64,000 nt of DNA from Deltaproteobacteria bacterium GWA2_45_12 (GCA_001797365.1 MGPH01000011.1:20402-84401); one strand, 5' to 3'. Shown: positions 9,951-20,441, counted from the first letter of the stretch. Program-made: numbers and translations. Notes: generated from the letters alone by a model not told the origin.

Positions 9951-10643
9951 CTAATCTTTTTCAATCAAGCGCCATCCACGCAAGGGAATCCCCGCTAATG
10001 CATAGGGGCCAAAGTGAGTGCAAATAATTGTTTTGGTGGTCAACCCCACTTTTTCACACATGCGTCTTATCTGGCGTTGGCGTGATTCAATCATGCTCCA
10101 CTCAAACCATGTTGAAAGGGGATTTTCTTGGGCAAATTTTATGGAAACAGGTTGGGTCCTGCGACCATCCAATTCAAACCCTTGTTGTAAGCGGGCAAGC
10201 TGGCGATCATTGGGTTTAGGAGTCACTTTCACATCAAAAACCCTTCTTATCTCCGCTTGGGGATTTTGATATTTTGCAACAAGGCTTGCATCATTGGTTA
10301 AAACCACCAACCCCTCGGCATCATAATCAAGCCTTCCCAGCGGCTTAAAAGAGGCAAATTTTTTGGGCAAAAAATCGTAAACAGCTGAGCGTTCAAGTTC
10401 ATCATTTGAAGACACCACACATTTTTTGGGTTTATGAAAAAGAATGATTTGGACTGTTTGGTGAAGATTGAGTTTTTCTCCTTTGACAGAAATCTTGGCT
10501 GTGGAGGAATCCACTTTTGTCCCGAGCACGGTTACTTTTTTACCGTTTACAAATACATGCCCCTGCTTCATCAGCATTTCGGCTTCACGACGAGAATACA
10601 GCCCTGTTTGACCAATCAGTTTTTGAAGACGTTCAAGAGGCAT
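9951..10643 (-). CDS. S4-domain rRNA pseudouridine synthase (RsuA/RluB family)
   Basis: S4 domain followed by the PLGRLDYDAEGLVVLTND catalytic Asp motif. The listed N-terminal extension is encoded by a REP, so the start is placed at MPLERLQ. Confidence 0.75.
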   Translation of the reverse strand: MPLERLQKLIGQTGLYSRREAEMLMKQGHVFVNGKKVTVLGTKVDSSTAKISVKGEKLNLHQTVQIILFHKPKKCVVSSNDELERSAVYDFLPKKFASFKPLGRLDYDAEGLVVLTNDASLVAKYQNPQAEIRRVFDVKVTPKPNDRQLARLQQGFELDGRRTQPVSIKFAQENPLSTWFEWSMIESRQRQIRRMCEKVGLTTKTIICTHFGPYALAGIPLRGWRLIEKD

Positions 10644-10710
10644 GAAAATAGTAAGATGGTTCGACCACCGCATAGCGGGGTCCCGTTTACGGGACGGGGC
10701 TCATGTCCAT

Positions 10711-10738
10711 GTAAGGGCAATTCATGAATTGCCCTTAC
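10711..10738. repeat. REP family B: perfect 28-bp palindrome GTAAGGGCAATTCATGAATTGCCCTTAC
   Basis: Identical or near-identical copies at 14697-14724, 37419-37446, 39707-39748 (1.5 copies), 57553-57580, and variant 32400-32427. All sit in short spacers between genes. Confidence 0.9.
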
Positions 10739-10757
10739 AAAAATAGGACACCCTGAG

Positions 10758-11624
10758 CTAAGTCGAAGGGTCACTCTCATCTTCAACAAAGATATCTTTT
10801 TCCAGATCACGGATGCTTTTGATGGAAGATTCAAGTTCATCAATAAGGGCACTTGATTCCAAATCAAGAGCTTCCATAGCCGTACTTTCGGCCGTAAAAT
10901 CATCTTCTATAGGAACCGATTTTTCTTCGGAAGAAGCTTGGGGCTCTATCGTTTCCAAATCTTTAAGTGTAGGCAAATCCGAGAGCGATTTAAGGCTGAA
11001 AATTTCCAAGAATGTTTTGGTGGTTCCATACATGATGGGCTTACCCAGTTCTTCACTGCGGCCCACAATGCGCACCAGATCACGATCGAGCAATGTCTTG
11101 ATCACACCGCCACTGTCGACGCCTCGAATCTCTTCAATCTTTTGGCGGGTGGCAGGTTGTTGGTAGGCCACAATGGCTAAAGTTTCCATGCTGGGATTGG
11201 ACAAGCGGGCTTTGGGAATCTTTTGGAGATTCTTTAAAAAAGAACCCACATGAGCCTTGGTACGAAATTGGAAACCTCCTGCCACTTCCACCAACTCAAA
11301 ACCACGATCGGCAGACATTTGGTATTCGCAGCTAAGCTCACTTAACGCATCCTTGATATCCCCAAGGGAAACTTCCATTTCCATCTGGCTTTGCGCTTCT
11401 TTTAACTGCGCCAAAGGATCCGCTTCTTCCCTTTCTTCCGCATTTTGTTCAATCCCTTCGGCCTCGGGGATTGCTTCACCAGAAGCCTTCTCCACGGAAT
11501 CTTCAATTTTTGCTGTTTCTTTGGGTTCTGTTTTAAGTAATTTTCTTAAATCAGAAGTCGAAAGAGGTTCCGGCGAGACAAAAAGAAGGGCTTCAATAAT
11601 TGATTTGATTTGGGTTTTTTCCAT
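10758..11624 (-). CDS. scpB: segregation and condensation protein B
   Basis: IEALLFVSPEPL winged-helix motif with an acidic C-terminal tail. Adjacent to scpA. Confidence 0.8.
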   Translation of the reverse strand: MEKTQIKSIIEALLFVSPEPLSTSDLRKLLKTEPKETAKIEDSVEKASGEAIPEAEGIEQNAEEREEADPLAQLKEAQSQMEMEVSLGDIKDALSELSCEYQMSADRGFELVEVAGGFQFRTKAHVGSFLKNLQKIPKARLSNPSMETLAIVAYQQPATRQKIEEIRGVDSGGVIKTLLDRDLVRIVGRSEELGKPIMYGTTKTFLEIFSLKSLSDLPTLKDLETIEPQASSEEKSVPIEDDFTAESTAMEALDLESSALIDELESSIKSIRDLEKDIFVEDESDPST

Positions 11625-11736
11625 AAATTATTTACTAAAGTCATGGTTCGACCACCGCGTAGCGGGGTCCCGTTTGCGGGACGGGGCTCACCATGTCCAT
11701 TATTTTTTAATGGACACCCTGAGCATAGTCGAAGGG

Positions 11737-12510
11737 TCACTCGCCATTTACAGCATCCATTACAGGAATCTCACTAACTTCCATTTTCCTGCGCACACGA
11801 ATAACGCCTCGTTCATCGGTCTGAAAAATCTGGACCATCCTGAGTCTACCCATTTCAAGCAAGGCCAAAAAAGTAACCACAATACTATGACGCGTTATTT
11901 CTCCTTCAAACATTTCTTCAAACAGGAGACTTTCAACATTCTGCAGTTTATCCACAATCTGATAAATACGATCGGTGATTGAAACCCGTTCAACCTCTAT
12001 TTGATGGACCGTATGTTTGGGAGCCCGTTTTAAAATTTCACCAAAGGCCTTTAATAAATGAAAGGGCTCAATTTCCACCCATTCCTGGTCTTCTTTGGTT
12101 TCATCAGGAAGTGCCATTTTGGGTCTTTTAAAAACATCGCGCAAAAGCATGGGACGCCCGCTTAACCATCCCGCCGCCCTCTTATATTTTTGATATTCCA
12201 AAAGACGGACCATCAAATCGGCCCGGGGATCGGGTTCTTCTGCTTTTTCTTCGTCATCTTGACGAACCAACAAACGTGACTTGATGTGTGTTAGCTCGGC
12301 GGCTATCAAAATAAACTCCCCCGCCACATCAATGTTGAGGTCTTGCATCAAGTCAAGATATCCCAAATATTCCTTAAGAATGAAAGCAATGGGGATATTG
12401 GCAATATCAAGATCGTTCTTTTTGATTAAATGCAAAAGCAGGTCCAGCGGCCCTTCAAAAAGATCGAGATTGATTCGGTAGTCCTGTGTGTTTTGTGTTT
12501 CGGTTGACAT
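11737..12510 (-). CDS. scpA: segregation and condensation protein A
   Basis: LDLFEGPLDLLLHLI motif characteristic of ScpA. The listed N-terminal 17 aa are REP-encoded, so the start is placed at MSTETQ. Confidence 0.8.
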   Translation of the reverse strand: MSTETQNTQDYRINLDLFEGPLDLLLHLIKKNDLDIANIPIAFILKEYLGYLDLMQDLNIDVAGEFILIAAELTHIKSRLLVRQDDEEKAEEPDPRADLMVRLLEYQKYKRAAGWLSGRPMLLRDVFKRPKMALPDETKEDQEWVEIEPFHLLKAFGEILKRAPKHTVHQIEVERVSITDRIYQIVDKLQNVESLLFEEMFEGEITRHSIVVTFLALLEMGRLRMVQIFQTDERGVIRVRRKMEVSEIPVMDAVNGE

Positions 12511-12572
12511 GTGTTGGTATGGGCGAATCTTGTATTCGCCCCTATACATCAGGGCGATCACGAGGATCGCCC

Positions 12573-13568
12573 CTACGATAATCCCATCGCCTCATTGGCT
12601 TCGGCTAATGTTTGCCCCGCCACCATGCGGGCCTTTTTAGCCCCTTCCGCCAAAATATCACCAATTATTTTTGGATCTTTTTTCAATTCATTTCTTTTCT
12701 CACGAAAAGGCTTAAAAGTTTCCGTCATATTTTTAATGAGAATTTTTTTGCAATCAATGCATCCTATTTTGGCTGTGCGACAATCAAGATTCACCTGTCC
12801 TATCTCCTCTTTTGAAGACACTTCCTTGTGATAAGCATAAATGGGACAAATATCGGGATTTCCAGGATCGGTGCGTCTTTGACGGGCAGGGTCGGTTATA
12901 TGTTTAAGCAGTTTGTCGTTGAATGTTTTTTCATCATCGGAAAGATAAATACAGTTCTGATAACTTTTTGACATTTTTCGCCCGTCGGTTCCAGGAACTT
13001 TGGGAACCGTTGTCAAAAAAGTTTCGGGTTCGGGAAATATATCTTTGTACAAATGATTGAACCGGCGCACCACCTCGCGTGAAAGCTCGATATGCGCCAC
13101 CTGGTCCTGACCCACAGGAACTTTGTGGGCCTTGTAAATGGCCACATCGGCCGTTTGCAAAAGAGGGTACCCTAAAAATCCATACGTGGATAAATCCTTC
13201 CCTGTCAACTGTTGTTGAATTTCTTTGTAACTAGGGACTCGTTCAAGCCATCCAAGTGGAGTGATCATCGAAAAAAGCAGATGCAATTCGGCATGCTCGG
13301 GCACCTTGGATTGAACAAATAAAACGCATTTCTCTGGAGAAACATCACACGCCAGCCAATCAAGCACCATTTCCTTAAGCGAGCTCTGGACAATATCCAC
13401 ATGGTCGTATTCCGTGGTCAAACTATGCCAGTCAGCCACAAAAAAATAACATTGATACTTGTTTTGCAGTACAACCCAATTGCGCAGCACCCCAAAATAA
13501 TGCCCCAAATGGAGCAAGCCCGTAGGGCGCATACCAGAGACGATAATTTGTTTTTGCATAATTTTCAT
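12573..13568 (-). CDS. trpS: tryptophanyl-tRNA synthetase
   Basis: GMRPTGLLHLGHY (HIGH-type) and KMSKS motifs. 331 aa. Confidence 0.85.
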   Translation of the reverse strand: MKIMQKQIIVSGMRPTGLLHLGHYFGVLRNWVVLQNKYQCYFFVADWHSLTTEYDHVDIVQSSLKEMVLDWLACDVSPEKCVLFVQSKVPEHAELHLLFSMITPLGWLERVPSYKEIQQQLTGKDLSTYGFLGYPLLQTADVAIYKAHKVPVGQDQVAHIELSREVVRRFNHLYKDIFPEPETFLTTVPKVPGTDGRKMSKSYQNCIYLSDDEKTFNDKLLKHITDPARQRRTDPGNPDICPIYAYHKEVSSKEEIGQVNLDCRTAKIGCIDCKKILIKNMTETFKPFREKRNELKKDPKIIGDILAEGAKKARMVAGQTLAEANEAMGLS

Positions 13569-13591
13569 GGGGGGCGCGCCAAGGGGCGCCC

Positions 13592-14242
13592 CTACAGCAA
13601 TATTCTCGCAACCATCTGCAAAGGAACGCCCACTAAAATACGGTAAAATCCCGTAAAAAACAACATCAACAAAATGAGAGTCCCATACTGACCCACAAAC
13701 GCATCAAACTTGGAAGCCCAAGGTTGGGGAAGCAATCCAAACATGACTTTGCCCCCGTCTAAAGGATGAATGGGAATCAAATTAAAAAAGAGCAATGCCA
13801 GGTTCAGATAAAAAATCTGGACAATGGCTCCGATAATGGTGAACCCGTTATAGTTTAATGGCAGCATCCATTCAGGCTTAAGAAAAGCAATGACATGTAA
13901 GACTCCTGCCAAGATCAGAGCCAACAAAAAATTGCTCAAAGGCCCCGCGGCGGCGATAAAAAGGCCGTCTTTTTTCCAATTTTTAAGGTTTCGATAGTCA
14001 ACCGGAACCGGCTTCCCCCATCCGATGATAAATCCGCCAAGAAAAAATCCCAAAGCCGGCAACACAACGGTGCCCAAAATATCAATATGGGGCAAGGGAT
14101 TTAAGGTAACGCGCCCCATGGCTTTGGCTGTGTTGTCTCCAAACTTGGAAGCCACCCATCCATGAGCCGCTTCATGAAAGCTGAGCGAAAAAAGAAACCC
14201 AGGAAAAAACAGGATAAAACTGATTAATTTTGATGTTTCCAT
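13592..14242 (-). CDS. peptidase M50 (site-2 protease family) membrane protein
   Basis: HEAAHGW (HExxH) within a polytopic hydrophobic protein. 216 aa. Confidence 0.65.
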   Translation of the reverse strand: METSKLISFILFFPGFLFSLSFHEAAHGWVASKFGDNTAKAMGRVTLNPLPHIDILGTVVLPALGFFLGGFIIGWGKPVPVDYRNLKNWKKDGLFIAAAGPLSNFLLALILAGVLHVIAFLKPEWMLPLNYNGFTIIGAIVQIFYLNLALLFFNLIPIHPLDGGKVMFGLLPQPWASKFDAFVGQYGTLILLMLFFTGFYRILVGVPLQMVARILL

Positions 14243-14357
14243 TTAAAGAAACGAAACGCTAACAAATGGGGTTTGTCTAGGCAATGGGATTATTGATTGG
14301 TCGTTCCGTAGGGGCGCCCCTTGGTGCGCCCTATCTACGCGTTAGCCAGCGGCATCC

Positions 14358-14681
14358 CTACATCACCGGATCCAACGCTCCCACAGGTTCAGGAGATTTA
14401 GAAGGAAGATAAACCAAAACGGGATCAATGGGTTCTATTGGTTTGGAATCCGTAGGGACAATCCTAGGATTGTCCCTACCCGCATCAGAATTATTTGTAG
14501 ATTCATTTGACACCGAAGGTTTGTAAGGCAAATCGTAAACCTGTTTGGAAGATGTGTCTTCAGTCTCACCTTCCAAAGAAGGCGGTGTTGTTTGCGGCCC
14601 CACGGGACCAAGGTCTTGGGCGTGAGCGACTCCATTTAAAAATAAAAGGAATGTTATAATTTTTAATATCGATTCATTCAT
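14358..14681 (-). CDS. small secreted hypothetical protein (REP-containing)
   Basis: Signal-peptide-like N-terminus MNESILKIITFLLFLNGVAHA. A family-C REP lies in frame inside it (encoding DNPRIVPT). Pro/Ser-rich. Confidence 0.35.
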   Translation of the reverse strand: MNESILKIITFLLFLNGVAHAQDLGPVGPQTTPPSLEGETEDTSSKQVYDLPYKPSVSNESTNNSDAGRDNPRIVPTDSKPIEPIDPVLVYLPSKSPEPVGALDPVM

Positions 14682-14720
14682 GACGGACCTGTCCCGGTAA
14701 GGGCAATTCATGAATTGCCC

Positions 14721-15818
14721 CTACGATTCCTGAAATATTTTCACATTCTCCAATTCCTTGGCCAAGCTTGGATCTTTCTCTTTTAGCTTGTTCCATTTAA
14801 CTTTGGCTTGAGCCCATTGCTTCTGGTCAAAATCAACAAGGATTTGATTATAGAGACCCCGAGCCTCTTCCGAATTAAGGGTGCTTACTTTCGCATAAGC
14901 ATTCTCCGCTTTTTCGTATTGCTTTAAATTACGATATAAATTGCCTTCGATCAGCCACAAATCACTTGAATCCCTTACCGCTCTTGCCTTATTTATCCAA
15001 AATAAGGCCCCGTTGGTATCATTGTTTTTGGCATAGACCATGGCTAGCTGCTTCATGAGCAATTCATTGTATCCCCCCATCTCCAAGGCTTTGCGGTAAG
15101 ACTCACTGGCTTCCACCAACAATCCCATTTTTTCATAACAAAAACCCAAATTATGCAGGACAAAAACATTCTCCTGTCCCATGGCACGCATTTTTTTATA
15201 AACTTCGATCGCTTGGGGATAATGGTGAAGATCGCGATACACGTTCCCCAAAAGCCCCAACACTTGCAGATTTGTGGGAGCATGCGCTATCCATTGGGCA
15301 AGATAATTCAAGGCCTGATCGTTCTTCCCTGCTTCCCTGGCCAAAATTGTTTTGGATTTAAGAGAATCAAGAGTTTCTTCAATTTTTATTTCAAAGCGGC
15401 GGCTTAATTCAGGTTGTGAAATAAGTTTTTTGGACCAGTCGGCATAATCACTTCTTAATCCTATCACATGAATCACTTCCCCTTGGGGGCCCTTGTTTTC
15501 AAAAACAACCCGATGGATAGTCAAAGCGGGAAACAAAATTCCTTCAGCCTCAAAAACCATTTTTCTTAAATCTTCTTCGGAAATCAAAGAGTCCTGCAAA
15601 ATTATTTTTGCTTCAAGCGGGAATAATTCAAAAACAAAGAGCCGGAACAATTTTGCTGCAAGATCCGTTTTTATTTTTTCATCGGATACCGTTTGAGGAG
15701 TTTCTTTTATCGGCTCTGCCTGTTTTTGATGTGTGTTTTGAGCTTCATCAAACCACCAATCTTGGAGACGGGCACACCCACAAAACCAAACAAAAAAAAG
15801 GATCCAAAACCATTTCAT
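14721..15818 (-). CDS. TPR-repeat lipoprotein
   Basis: Start at MKWFWILFFVWFCGCA (lipobox-like). Multiple TPR-like helices (AL.YL.QWIA, LG.VY..L..Y..A...Y). Confidence 0.6.
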   Translation of the reverse strand: MKWFWILFFVWFCGCARLQDWWFDEAQNTHQKQAEPIKETPQTVSDEKIKTDLAAKLFRLFVFELFPLEAKIILQDSLISEEDLRKMVFEAEGILFPALTIHRVVFENKGPQGEVIHVIGLRSDYADWSKKLISQPELSRRFEIKIEETLDSLKSKTILAREAGKNDQALNYLAQWIAHAPTNLQVLGLLGNVYRDLHHYPQAIEVYKKMRAMGQENVFVLHNLGFCYEKMGLLVEASESYRKALEMGGYNELLMKQLAMVYAKNNDTNGALFWINKARAVRDSSDLWLIEGNLYRNLKQYEKAENAYAKVSTLNSEEARGLYNQILVDFDQKQWAQAKVKWNKLKEKDPSLAKELENVKIFQES

Positions 15819-15987
15819 ATCTTTGTTTGTATACAGCACTTTTGCGTCCTTGCCAAATGGGGAGACAAACCCCCAATAAGTACCCCCCGAAGTCAAAAAA
15901 CCCCCAACCCCAGGCAAGCCAAGCTTCCTATAATAAAAAAATACTTAATAATTACATATATTTAGATTTGAATTCTCCCTAAGTTTT

Positions 15988-16003
15988 TGGCACTGGGTTT
16001 GCT
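15988..16003 (+). promoter_or_regulatory. sigma-54 (RpoN) -24/-12 promoter
   Basis: TGGCAC-TGGGT-TTGCT matches the TGGCAC-N5-TTGCW consensus. It lies ~50 nt upstream of the 16054 ATG, which has a strong RBS (AAAGGGGAA). Confidence 0.55.
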
Positions 16004-16053
16004 ATTAAACATAACGGACGCATGTATTTTTTTTAAAAAAAGGGGAATTTTTT

Positions 16054-18159
16054 ATGACGCAAGCCATCCACAATGATTCAAACAGAAACTCCGCCACTGA
16101 TTCCGACTACGCCCATACAGATTCTGCGCGTATCAAAAACCTGGGTACCGATGAAAAACGTGTGGCCCGAAGAGATGCCAGCCAGGATTTACGCACGGTA
16201 AACCGGGCCATCCGTGAATTAGAAAACAAGGATTCAGCCGACCAAGCCCGTCGTGAAGCGCTGGAAGAATTAAAAAAAGATATCGAGACTTTTCTTAACG
16301 AACTCACCGAAGCCACGCGTGCTGATCGGGAAAGTGAAAGTGGTGTGGACACATCGGAAGTGGACACAACCACCACCGAAGCTGAAGAAAAATATCCCGT
16401 GACTGTTGGCCCCAATGGGGAAATCGCCCAGGATTTTACCAATGGGGATGATATCCATGTAACAGCCGCTGATTCAACCGAAGACAGGACCTATATTTTA
16501 AATCCAGCCGATCCTGCCCCAGTGCCTGGAGAAGATCCCCAAGAAGCTCAAAAAACACTGGAGCAAAGACTTATTGATGATGGAGTAATTGATCCTGAAA
16601 CAAAGGAAGTGATTCAAGATGTAAATGGAGATGGCGTTCTTACCGAAGCTGACATCGAAGCATATAAAGCAAAAAACAGCCTTGATACAAATTCCAATCT
16701 CGAACAACGCCAAAAAATAACTTTTGATGGCGGTGGAAAAACCAAACTAAGTATTGCTTCCATTGATGAGGGAAATAAACAGCTAACGGTTCGAATTGAA
16801 AACCTTGAAACGGGAGTCATTACTTTTCAAACCATTGTCAATTATGACAAAGCTTCCATTATCTGGTCCAATGCCGAAGTGGATCGTGACGAATTATTGG
16901 CCCTTCCTGAAAATCTGAAAAAAATTATGTCCATTGATAACGGGGCGACCACCATTAGCGCCAATGTGGAAGAATCCGAAGGTGAAGGCAAAGAACTCGA
17001 TGTGACTCGTTCAAACGGCTACAAAGCAGCCACCTCTGATGCGGCCTTTGATGCAAGCCGAAACATGTGGACCATGGCCTCTCGTACAGATTTAAGACCC
17101 TATTGGAAGGAAGCCATTGAAATTTTCTACCAGTTTTACACAAACAATCCCAAGGGGGACTGGAAAAAAGAATTCACCGATAAAATACTGAAGAAATGGG
17201 ACGAAGCCGGTCTTTTGGGTGCCGATAGAAACAACCTTATCATTAGCATGGTGATGACCATGTTCCATTCCACTTCCAAGGAAGTGTTCAGCAGTTTTGC
17301 AGGACCCCTTGTTGAACTTTTTGAAAACCAACTCATGGCCGATTTTGAAGTAATTGATGGAAGAACCAACAAGGCTCAAAAGGACGCCCAAGGAAATATT
17401 GTCATGCGTCATTGGAAAGATCACGAGTCGGCAAGCTATAAAACCGTCATCCTGCTTCTGGAATATCAAACCGGTGGCGGGCAATTTGGGGGTGCCTTAG
17501 CCGCATACGAGCTATTCACCACCAATATTTTGGGCTCGGATGATCCGATCCATCCTGAATCTGAAATACAACGAGGTCGTTGGTGGGATACCCAAACCAA
17601 TAAAGCAGCCCTCGATAAATTTAAGAACTTGCTCAAGGAAAAAGGCAGCGAGATCCCTGACAGTATTAACAAGGTCAGTGCCATGGAAGACACCATGGCC
17701 AGTTCCGAAATGGTTGATTTTGACCAAAAAGACTACGAATCGGTTTACGAAAACCTTGACCTTTACGTCGCAAATTATTGCTGGGATAAAGATGATGTCG
17801 AAGACACAGTGGCCAGCGCCAACAATGAACAAATCGCAAAATTCCAGGAATACTATGAACCAAAAATAGATAGTCTCCTGCAGGCAATCATCACGGATGA
17901 ACCCATGCCCGCCGCCCATATTGTGGCCAAACTCGAAGCGGCCATGAGCGCTCTGGTTCAAACCGATGGAAAAACTTCTTTGGGCGTTCTGGCTGCCATG
18001 TTTTTAATTATTATGGATGGCTCAAAACCCCAAATACTGAACAGCCTAATGAAAGTCCCTGGCTTTAAGGAAGAAGTGAAAGGCTGGCTTGAGGGCTTTG
18101 ACAGTTCATATCAGTTCTACAACCCCGTCATGGAAATTTTAAACAGAAACTATCAATAA
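16054..18159 (+). CDS. large acidic hypothetical protein, paralog A1 (701 aa)
   Basis: No signal peptide or TM segment by eye. N-terminal coiled-coil/low-complexity region. Shares conserved blocks with the next ORF (IENLETGVITFQT vs FENIESGEVCFKT; KPQILNSLMKVPGF vs KPQFLNALLRIPSF). No recognised domains. Confidence 0.7.
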   Translation: MTQAIHNDSNRNSATDSDYAHTDSARIKNLGTDEKRVARRDASQDLRTVNRAIRELENKDSADQARREALEELKKDIETFLNELTEATRADRESESGVDTSEVDTTTTEAEEKYPVTVGPNGEIAQDFTNGDDIHVTAADSTEDRTYILNPADPAPVPGEDPQEAQKTLEQRLIDDGVIDPETKEVIQDVNGDGVLTEADIEAYKAKNSLDTNSNLEQRQKITFDGGGKTKLSIASIDEGNKQLTVRIENLETGVITFQTIVNYDKASIIWSNAEVDRDELLALPENLKKIMSIDNGATTISANVEESEGEGKELDVTRSNGYKAATSDAAFDASRNMWTMASRTDLRPYWKEAIEIFYQFYTNNPKGDWKKEFTDKILKKWDEAGLLGADRNNLIISMVMTMFHSTSKEVFSSFAGPLVELFENQLMADFEVIDGRTNKAQKDAQGNIVMRHWKDHESASYKTVILLLEYQTGGGQFGGALAAYELFTTNILGSDDPIHPESEIQRGRWWDTQTNKAALDKFKNLLKEKGSEIPDSINKVSAMEDTMASSEMVDFDQKDYESVYENLDLYVANYCWDKDDVEDTVASANNEQIAKFQEYYEPKIDSLLQAIITDEPMPAAHIVAKLEAAMSALVQTDGKTSLGVLAAMFLIIMDGSKPQILNSLMKVPGFKEEVKGWLEGFDSSYQFYNPVMEILNRNYQ

Positions 18160-18167
18160 AATAAATT

Positions 18168-20441
18168 ATGGGCATCGAAAATACATCCAACCGAAACGAA
18201 ACATTTAATGTCGACTATAAACAGGCCGACAGTATTGACCTGCAAGGAAAAACGCGTGAAGAATTACGTGCGGCCAAGCGTGAAGCCTTAAACGACAAAA
18301 AAGACCTTCAAAAATACAAGCGCGACTTGGAACGCTTGGAACACAATAGCGAAATTGAGCGCAAGATTGATGAAATTGAAAAAATAATTGCCGCCGATGA
18401 AGCCTTTTTGGAAGACTTGAATGCCGCCATTGACGGTTTGCGTAATGATAGTGAAAACTTGGGCGTTGACACAAGTACCGCCGAAAGCACCCCCGAAGCC
18501 CCACGCACCGATTATAAAGATGGATCCACAGCAAGCATTAACACCATGGGGGACCAAAATATCCAACTGCGCCCTTTTGCCACCAACCCCTTGCTGACAG
18601 AAAAATCGGATACAGATTATTTAAAAGAACGCGGCATTTTGGATGAAAACGGCCACCTCATGCCCGGCAAAACAGTCAAAGATTATGAAAATGCCCTTGA
18701 AACCCGCCGCTCGGATGAACAAACCCAGCTGCAAATGATCAATATTGCCTTCCCTCCAAAAAAATATACTGCTGAAGAACTGACTTTAGAAAATGCCGAA
18801 GCCGCCGTGAATGGGGACCGTCATTATATTGAGATGAGCTTGGCCAGTTATGATGCCGCAACGGGTGCCGTTACTTTTCGTTTTGAAAATATTGAATCGG
18901 GGGAAGTGTGTTTTAAAACTTTTGACAATCTCAAATATGCCTCCATCCTTGTAGACACCAATGCTGTAAAAATCAACAACAACCCCGGTGACCCTGAAGA
19001 AGTATGGAAAAAAGTGAGTGCCGGTGGAAAGCCGGTCATTGAAACAGCCTCTACGCTCACTTCCGATCAAAAACATGGTTTGTATGCCGGCTTTGATACG
19101 GCAACCAGTGATGCCAGTTTTGAAGAAGCTTTAAAACTGGGCATTAACGGCGGTCAAGACACCAGTGATGCAACAAAGGCCAAACTGAAGGATATCAGAA
19201 ACCAGGCTGTTGCCTTGATGATCGACTTTGCCAATGGAGATATTCCCGGCATCACCAACCTGGTTGACTTGTGGAATAAAAAGATAAAACCTTTAATGGA
19301 GGAAGCAGGACTTAATGCCTATGACCAAGGGCAGTTTGTCATTGTCTTATTTTACTCCATTTTCTTTAACAGCCCTTCTTACGCTCCCAAATTAAATGAA
19401 CTCGCTTCAATATTTGAAACCATCCTGACTGAAATACCGGCCAAAGAAGCAGACATCAACGCAAACGGATATCCTCTCCTTTTTGAAAACAGCCCTGAAA
19501 TAAAAACGGCCCTCCTGTTCATGAAAACGGGGCTTGGACAAACCGATTCTGATTTTGCTTATCTCTTTGGCCAATCGATGAAAGCCAAAGCCGATGCCCA
19601 AGGCACTGAATATGTGATGGGGCAATGGGAAAATCACGAAACCAATCTTTTAGCCATCAATGCTTATCTTAAAATCAAAAAAGAAAAGTTTTTGGAACAA
19701 CCCAGCGCCAATATGCAGGATGCCCTGACCATTGAAACCGCCATGATTAATGGCGGCGGAGACATCGGTTTGGCAGGAGACGAAAAACAGTACGCTCATG
19801 ATGCCTTAAGTTCCCAGCTAGACTACGCCCACGGAGAACTTAATGACCTCATGAGACAAATACTGGAACCCCTCCTTAAAAAAATCCTGGAAGGCAATTT
19901 AACAGCTTCCGAAATCACAAAATTAATCACAGAAGACTTGAAAAAAGTTCCTGACCTAACAACAGTGAAGGATCGCCGCGACAAAGGCCGGGAAGTGGAT
20001 TGTTCGGTAAATGGAGTGCGGAGGGCTGCTGCAGGAATCCTTTTGAAAGCCTTGTATGGCACCAAGCCCCAATTTTTGAATGCTTTGTTACGCATCCCCA
20101 GTTTTGTCCGTGATATTCAGGTAATATTAAGAACCGTTGAACCTTATGATAACGATTTACCCTTCGAACAAACTTTGGGTGGTAAAGTGGCTCCTGAAAT
20201 GATCAACATTATCCAGGCCCTTGTGCTGGAAAATAAACTGATTGAAGATTCACAAAGACGGGCCCGTACCGCCCTTGACCAAGAAGCCATGGACAAGGAA
20301 CGTGAGGAAGCTGCACGCCGCTCTCAGGAAAATATGGGCGGTTCCCAAACTCCTCCTCCTGAAGAAGCCCCACCCCCAGAACCACGTGGAGCCGAAGCCA
20401 TTGAAGGTGCCGAAGATGAGCGGGAAGCTGAAGGTCCTTGA
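18168..20441 (+). CDS. large acidic hypothetical protein, paralog A2 (757 aa)
   Basis: Paralog of A1. N-terminal coiled coil and a Glu/Pro-rich C-terminal tail. It starts 8 nt after the A1 stop. Confidence 0.7.
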   Translation: MGIENTSNRNETFNVDYKQADSIDLQGKTREELRAAKREALNDKKDLQKYKRDLERLEHNSEIERKIDEIEKIIAADEAFLEDLNAAIDGLRNDSENLGVDTSTAESTPEAPRTDYKDGSTASINTMGDQNIQLRPFATNPLLTEKSDTDYLKERGILDENGHLMPGKTVKDYENALETRRSDEQTQLQMINIAFPPKKYTAEELTLENAEAAVNGDRHYIEMSLASYDAATGAVTFRFENIESGEVCFKTFDNLKYASILVDTNAVKINNNPGDPEEVWKKVSAGGKPVIETASTLTSDQKHGLYAGFDTATSDASFEEALKLGINGGQDTSDATKAKLKDIRNQAVALMIDFANGDIPGITNLVDLWNKKIKPLMEEAGLNAYDQGQFVIVLFYSIFFNSPSYAPKLNELASIFETILTEIPAKEADINANGYPLLFENSPEIKTALLFMKTGLGQTDSDFAYLFGQSMKAKADAQGTEYVMGQWENHETNLLAINAYLKIKKEKFLEQPSANMQDALTIETAMINGGGDIGLAGDEKQYAHDALSSQLDYAHGELNDLMRQILEPLLKKILEGNLTASEITKLITEDLKKVPDLTTVKDRRDKGREVDCSVNGVRRAAAGILLKALYGTKPQFLNALLRIPSFVRDIQVILRTVEPYDNDLPFEQTLGGKVAPEMINIIQALVLENKLIEDSQRRARTALDQEAMDKEREEAARRSQENMGGSQTPPPEEAPPPEPRGAEAIEGAEDEREAEGP

